In this document: piece by piece, positions 60,290 to 64,000 of the stretch | Numbering within the stretch: the stretch's first letter is position 1 | Layout of the letters: each line of letters opens with the position of its first letter | Origin: Trueperaceae bacterium | Lineage (GTDB): Bacteria > Deinococcota > Deinococci > Deinococcales > Trueperaceae | DNA: 64,000 nucleotides | NCBI GenBank assembly: GCA_965215565.1 | Contig: CBDCDZ010000004.1 | Location: 448,001-512,000, forward strand | Direction of reading: 5' to 3' | Made by a program: the position numbers and the translations under genes | The notes under the pieces: generated by a model | What the model saw: the letters and a program-made list of their open reading frames with translations, nothing else | What the model was told of the DNA's origin: nothing | The model's database searches: none

Positions 60290-61321
60290 TCAGTCAGCAG
60301 GAATATAAACGCGCTGTAGCGGTACTAAGCTGCGCGCCTCCTCGTCCATCTGTTCGTAGTAGTCGACAAGCAACCTGCGAATATCGACGAGCCCAAGTAG
60401 ACGCAAGGGAATTTTTGAGCGGTCCGCCTCGTAACGAGCATCCTTCGTGAAGCCACCCGTGCTGACGTAAAGGCATCTATCACCTTCACTACGTCCACCC
60501 AAGAAAGAGCGAAGCTCTTGTGACCCCATATTCTGATTAGGGCGGTGTTTAACCTCAACGAAGATGCGCGGCTCTTCGAGCCCTAAACCGTCGGGTGAGG
60601 CGAAAATATCGACGCCTCGGTCCGCGCCTTTCGGTGAAACGGTTGTCCGGTAGCCCATCGCTCTTAGAATACCTGCGACTAAAACCTGCATCTCCTCCCA
60701 ACCCAAACGAGAAATCTGTCCCTCGATCAAATCTTCAGCCTTCTCGCGAAACTCTGCAAGCGTCTGCCCTTCTACTGCAGTTTCCTCTACCGGTTCTAAC
60801 TTTGAAGGTGCTGACGGCATATCCCGCTGTTTCTCGAGCGTTTCGCCCAAGGGAACAGCTTGCGATTTCAACTCCTTTATGACTTCATCCGCAACCTGAA
60901 AAAGTGTCTGAATTGCGCCGAGCGAATTTTTAGCGGGTGGGCTCAACTGATCGCGGGCGGCGTGATGCGTCCAGTGTACGTTGCGTGTATGCGGCATCTC
61001 CGGTATTTCTCCAAGCGACCATCTATAATCCGAGCGTATCTCCCCAAGGTAGTAAACCCGTTGGTCACGGTCGTAGGTTGTGACGCTGTCTCCTACGCTA
61101 AACTCATTGATGAAGCGGACAATCTGACTCGCCGCATTTTGCGCTTTTCCGTTCGAGTTTCCGGGGTACGTTTCTAAGTATCTTCGCAGCACCTCTTCTT
61201 TGGAGATACCTATAGAAAGCTGACCTAGTTCCCCCCAGCCTATCGCGACGATACTCGAGGTTAGGAAATCGTCCACGTAAATACTTTCTCGACCTGCGCG
61301 AACCATCCATGTGCCATTCAC
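60290..61321 (-). CDS. Mrr-like (type IV) restriction endonuclease with an N-terminal WMVRAG domain
   Basis: AMGY, D.GVD, VEVKHR, YVSTGGFT. Confidence 0.85.
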   Translation of the reverse strand: MNGTWMVRAGRESIYVDDFLTSSIVAIGWGELGQLSIGISKEEVLRRYLETYPGNSNGKAQNAASQIVRFINEFSVGDSVTTYDRDQRVYYLGEIRSDYRWSLGEIPEMPHTRNVHWTHHAARDQLSPPAKNSLGAIQTLFQVADEVIKELKSQAVPLGETLEKQRDMPSAPSKLEPVEETAVEGQTLAEFREKAEDLIEGQISRLGWEEMQVLVAGILRAMGYRTTVSPKGADRGVDIFASPDGLGLEEPRIFVEVKHRPNQNMGSQELRSFLGGRSEGDRCLYVSTGGFTKDARYEADRSKIPLRLLGLVDIRRLLVDYYEQMDEEARSLVPLQRVYIPAD

Positions 61322-61351
61322 TAGAACGTCTCTCCAAAGTAGCGTAGAGGT

Positions 61352-61726
61352 CTACGAAGCAGCTTTATCATGTCTATACTCCTCCAACACCTCTAAGCCC
61401 ACCACCCCAAGCGCCTTCTCATGCGTCGCCCCCAAGATCACGCCCGGCGCAACGCCCGCGTCCAACGCTTCTTTCCACCTGTCCACGCATAAACACCAGC
61501 GGTCGCCAGGTTTGAGCCCTTCGAAGCCGAACTCCGGGCGCGGCGTCATGAGGTCGTTGCCGCGCGACTTGCTGTACTCCAAAAATTCTTGGCTTACCTC
61601 AGCGCAGACCACGTGGACGCCCGCGTCTTCGGGTCCGGTCTCGCAGCCGCCGGTGCGGTAAAAGCCGGTGACGGGATCGTGGCTACAGGGTTTTAAGGGT
61701 TCGCCGTAGACATTTTTCTGTTCCAT
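61352..61726 (-). CDS. DUF2237 family protein
   Basis: NV.GE.L..C..DP.TGFYR.G.C, GNDL.TP, PGDRWCLC. Confidence 0.9.
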   Translation of the reverse strand: MEQKNVYGEPLKPCSHDPVTGFYRTGGCETGPEDAGVHVVCAEVSQEFLEYSKSRGNDLMTPRPEFGFEGLKPGDRWCLCVDRWKEALDAGVAPGVILGATHEKALGVVGLEVLEEYRHDKAAS

Positions 61727-61728
61727 GT

Positions 61729-62286
61729 CTAAAGGGTAGCAAACAGCTCGGCTAGAGAAAGTGTCCAGCCAGGGATAACGTCGCCGCACTCTAGGGTGTC
61801 TTCTCTCGTCAAAATCTGCACGTCGCTAGGGCTGCGGTAGACCTTGAGCGTCTCGGTGCGCGGGTCAACGACGATAACCATGCGTGTACCGTGCTGAAGC
61901 CACGACTTCACCTTTTCCTCTACTTCGCTGTAGCGGTCGCTCGGCGAGATAACCTCTACGGCAAGGTCAGGCACACCAGGAAAGTATCCTTCCCTTCTAT
62001 GGATGAGATTTAGGCGTTCTGTGGACACAAAAGCAACATCGGGAGCTAATACGGTATCGGGTTCCCTAGAGACAGTAAACCCTGTTTCGGCAAGGTACAC
62101 CTTACCGAGCCGATTTGCCTTTACATGATTTCCTAAAGAAAGGAAAAGTTCAGAACCTAAAGAGCCATGTTCGTGTCCAGCGGGTGGCATCGTTCGCAGT
62201 TCTCCCTCAATAAGTTCGTGGCGCATATGGTCTTCGGGCAGCTCGAGCAAGTCCTCTGCTGTCATGAGATGCGTTTCTGTCGTCAC
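61729..62286 (-). CDS. Uma2 family endonuclease
   Basis: ELI.GEL, APDVAFV, PDLAVEVISPS. Confidence 0.9.
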   Translation of the reverse strand: MTTETHLMTAEDLLELPEDHMRHELIEGELRTMPPAGHEHGSLGSELFLSLGNHVKANRLGKVYLAETGFTVSREPDTVLAPDVAFVSTERLNLIHRREGYFPGVPDLAVEVISPSDRYSEVEEKVKSWLQHGTRMVIVVDPRTETLKVYRSPSDVQILTREDTLECGDVIPGWTLSLAELFATL

Positions 62287-62314
62287 CTGGTCCTCCTTAG
62301 AGTTATTTTAGCAG

Positions 62315-63241
62315 TTAGAGCAACTCCCCTAGAATCGCCCCGACTTCTATAGACCTTTCCCAGCCCTCGCCGTGATCCGCAAAATTCCAACACATCTCTA
62401 AAGCTGCGTGAATCAGACCCCACGCCGCAACCTCTTGTGGGCTCATGGTCAGCATCTCGCTGAAGATGGCGACGCGCCGCCTCGACACCGCTCTTAATTT
62501 GGAACGCTCAATCGTCTGGATAAGAGGTTTAGGGTTCACCAAGAATGACCCGGCGTCGTAGCCACGCGGTCCTAAAATTCCCTTGGGGTCGATCGCCAGA
62601 TAAGGTTGCCGCGTCGCGCTCACGATGTTGCCGTGGTGCAAGTCGGCGTGGAGGAGAACGGGTTCACCCGAATCAGCGAGCAAACTGGTTAAGAGGTCGT
62701 GCGCTTTTTCAAGCAACAGATGCGGAAGAGGTCCGCCGCCCTTAGGATAGGTTTTTAGGTACTTAGGCAGAGCACAAGACCAGCTTTGCAACGTGCGGAA
62801 GGGGTGCGGTTCGCTCACGGGACGCCAGAGTTGCTTCATCAGGGCGGCGGCGGTGCGGGTGGCGAGGTCGTCCTCTTGCGCGTTTTCTACATCGGTGCGC
62901 CAGAGGGAGACGCCGGGGACCAACCGCTCCAAAAGCATCACACTTACCGCGTCATCCGCGTGGATGACGCGGCAGATGCCGTCGCCGTCATAGAGCTTCA
63001 AAGCGGCAATTTCTTGACGGAATTCGGAATGGGGTGGGCTCAGCTTGAGGACGTAAGGAACACCGTTCGAACCCTCCGCAAAGGCAACCACGTTGTAAGA
63101 GAGGTCAGGGACGAGCCCGGTGACGCGAACGTGCCAGCGCGCTTCACACTGCTGGATGTGGGCATCTAAATTGGCAAGCCAAGCATCGGCGTGAGCGTGA
63201 ATATTGCGGAGGTTGCGAACGAGCACGTTAGGAAGTTTCAC
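62315..63241 (-). CDS. APH(6)/hydroxyurea phosphotransferase family kinase
   Basis: VLK, E..AL, MLLERL.PG, LLHADLHH.N, AIDPKG. Confidence 0.85.
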   Translation of the reverse strand: MKLPNVLVRNLRNIHAHADAWLANLDAHIQQCEARWHVRVTGLVPDLSYNVVAFAEGSNGVPYVLKLSPPHSEFRQEIAALKLYDGDGICRVIHADDAVSVMLLERLVPGVSLWRTDVENAQEDDLATRTAAALMKQLWRPVSEPHPFRTLQSWSCALPKYLKTYPKGGGPLPHLLLEKAHDLLTSLLADSGEPVLLHADLHHGNIVSATRQPYLAIDPKGILGPRGYDAGSFLVNPKPLIQTIERSKLRAVSRRRVAIFSEMLTMSPQEVAAWGLIHAALEMCWNFADHGEGWERSIEVGAILGELL

Positions 63242-64000
63242 GGTGAAGGGGTCAGCCAGTCCAGGTGACGCGCCTCTACCTTGAACGCTTCGCGGCGGAG
63301 CTTGTCCAAGCTGAAAGCCTCGAGTAGCGTAGCAGGCGTGACCTCTTCGGGTTCGCTCACGAGTCCTAAGGTGTAGGCGAGGAGTCCGGTGACTCGTTGC
63401 GGCGGCGCTCCCGCTTCACGAAGTGCCTTTAGCGTCAGCGAGCCCTTGCGCTTCGCCATACGCTCGCCCGCTTCGTCCAGCAGAAGAGGCACGTGCAGAT
63501 ACCGGGGCGGCGTCTCCCCTAGCACTCTATAAAGAAGAAGTTGCGCCCCCGTGCTCGTCAAGAGGTCGTCGCCGCGCACGACTTCGTTAATCCGCATTGC
63601 GATATCGTCCACCACGACGGCAAGTTGATACGCCCAGAGCCCATCAGCGCGGCGCACGACGAAGTCGCCGACTTGCCGCGCCGCGTCAATCTTTTGTTCG
63701 CCCGCTAAGAGGTCACGAAAATACAGCCTTTCGCTCCCTACTTTGAAGCGGAGGCTCGGGATTTTACCGCCCCTGGCTTTCTCCACCCAACAGCGCGCGT
63801 TCTCGGTGCGCTCTCCCTCGCCGTAGACGAAGCCCTGTCCGTGCGGCGCGGACGCCAACTCGCGGAGGTCTTTGCGCGAGAGGTAGCATTCGAAGATTAC
63901 ATCCTGCTCTCGCAACCGCTTCAGCGCTTCTTCGTACAGCGCCCCTCTTTCACTCTGCACGTAGGGCGCGTGAGGTCCGCCGACGTCAGGACCTTCGTCC
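63238..64000 (-). CDS. gluQ: tRNA glutamyl-Q(34) synthetase, 5' end outside the window
   Basis: DEGPD.GGP..PY.QSER, GDFVV.RADG..AYQLAVVVDD, RGDDL, RMAKR; lacks the GluRS anticodon domain. Confidence 0.9.
   Translation of the reverse strand, partial: DEGPDVGGPHAPYVQSERGALYEEALKRLREQDVIFECYLSRKDLRELASAPHGQGFVYGEGERTENARCWVEKARGGKIPSLRFKVGSERLYFRDLLAGEQKIDAARQVGDFVVRRADGLWAYQLAVVVDDIAMRINEVVRGDDLLTSTGAQLLLYRVLGETPPRYLHVPLLLDEAGERMAKRKGSLTLKALREAGAPPQRVTGLLAYTLGLVSEPEEVTPATLLEAFSLDKLRREAFKVEARHLDWLTPSP

Noticed and set aside
62315..63241. Acquired streptomycin resistance gene
   Set aside because: Family-level motifs only, coupled to gluQ, with no mobile context.

Overview
A GC-rich (roughly 60%) chromosomal window, most likely from Deinococcota (Truepera-like). 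This is an inference from many leaderless -10/start arrangements, a minC without minDE, and intergenic repeats resembling Deinococcus small non-coding repeats. Contents in order: GT4 glycosyltransferase; tRNA-Trp; tal; a CDGSH Fe-S protein coupled to a CPA2 antiporter that carries a ZnF-UBP domain; a polyol ABC/dehydrogenase operon with a divergent LacI and three visible operators; a type III R-M locus (intact mod, an inserted 203-aa nuclease-like ORF, and a res broken by a frameshift plus a PD->PG catalytic change); minC; iaaA; gnd; TauE; an MDR oxidoreductase; NupC; a TRIC protein; pullulanase; DUF4105; a polysaccharide-lyase-like lipoprotein; a sorbosone dehydrogenase-like lipoprotein; form II coxGSLM; a TIM-barrel pseudogene; DUF898/M48; a urate-to-glyoxylate operon with a plant-type UAH, no AllC and three extra genes; ppk1; cidA/lrgB; a PEGA protein; msrB; Mrr, DUF2237, Uma2, APH(6)-like and a partial gluQ. 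Intergenic DNA holds at least four dispersed repeat families (one nested in another), isolated REP-like palindromes and a candidate sRNA with an anti-Shine-Dalgarno linker. CTCGAG appears strongly over-represented. I saw no rRNA, CRISPR array, transposase or phage genes. All family assignments come from motif recognition by eye, not database searches.
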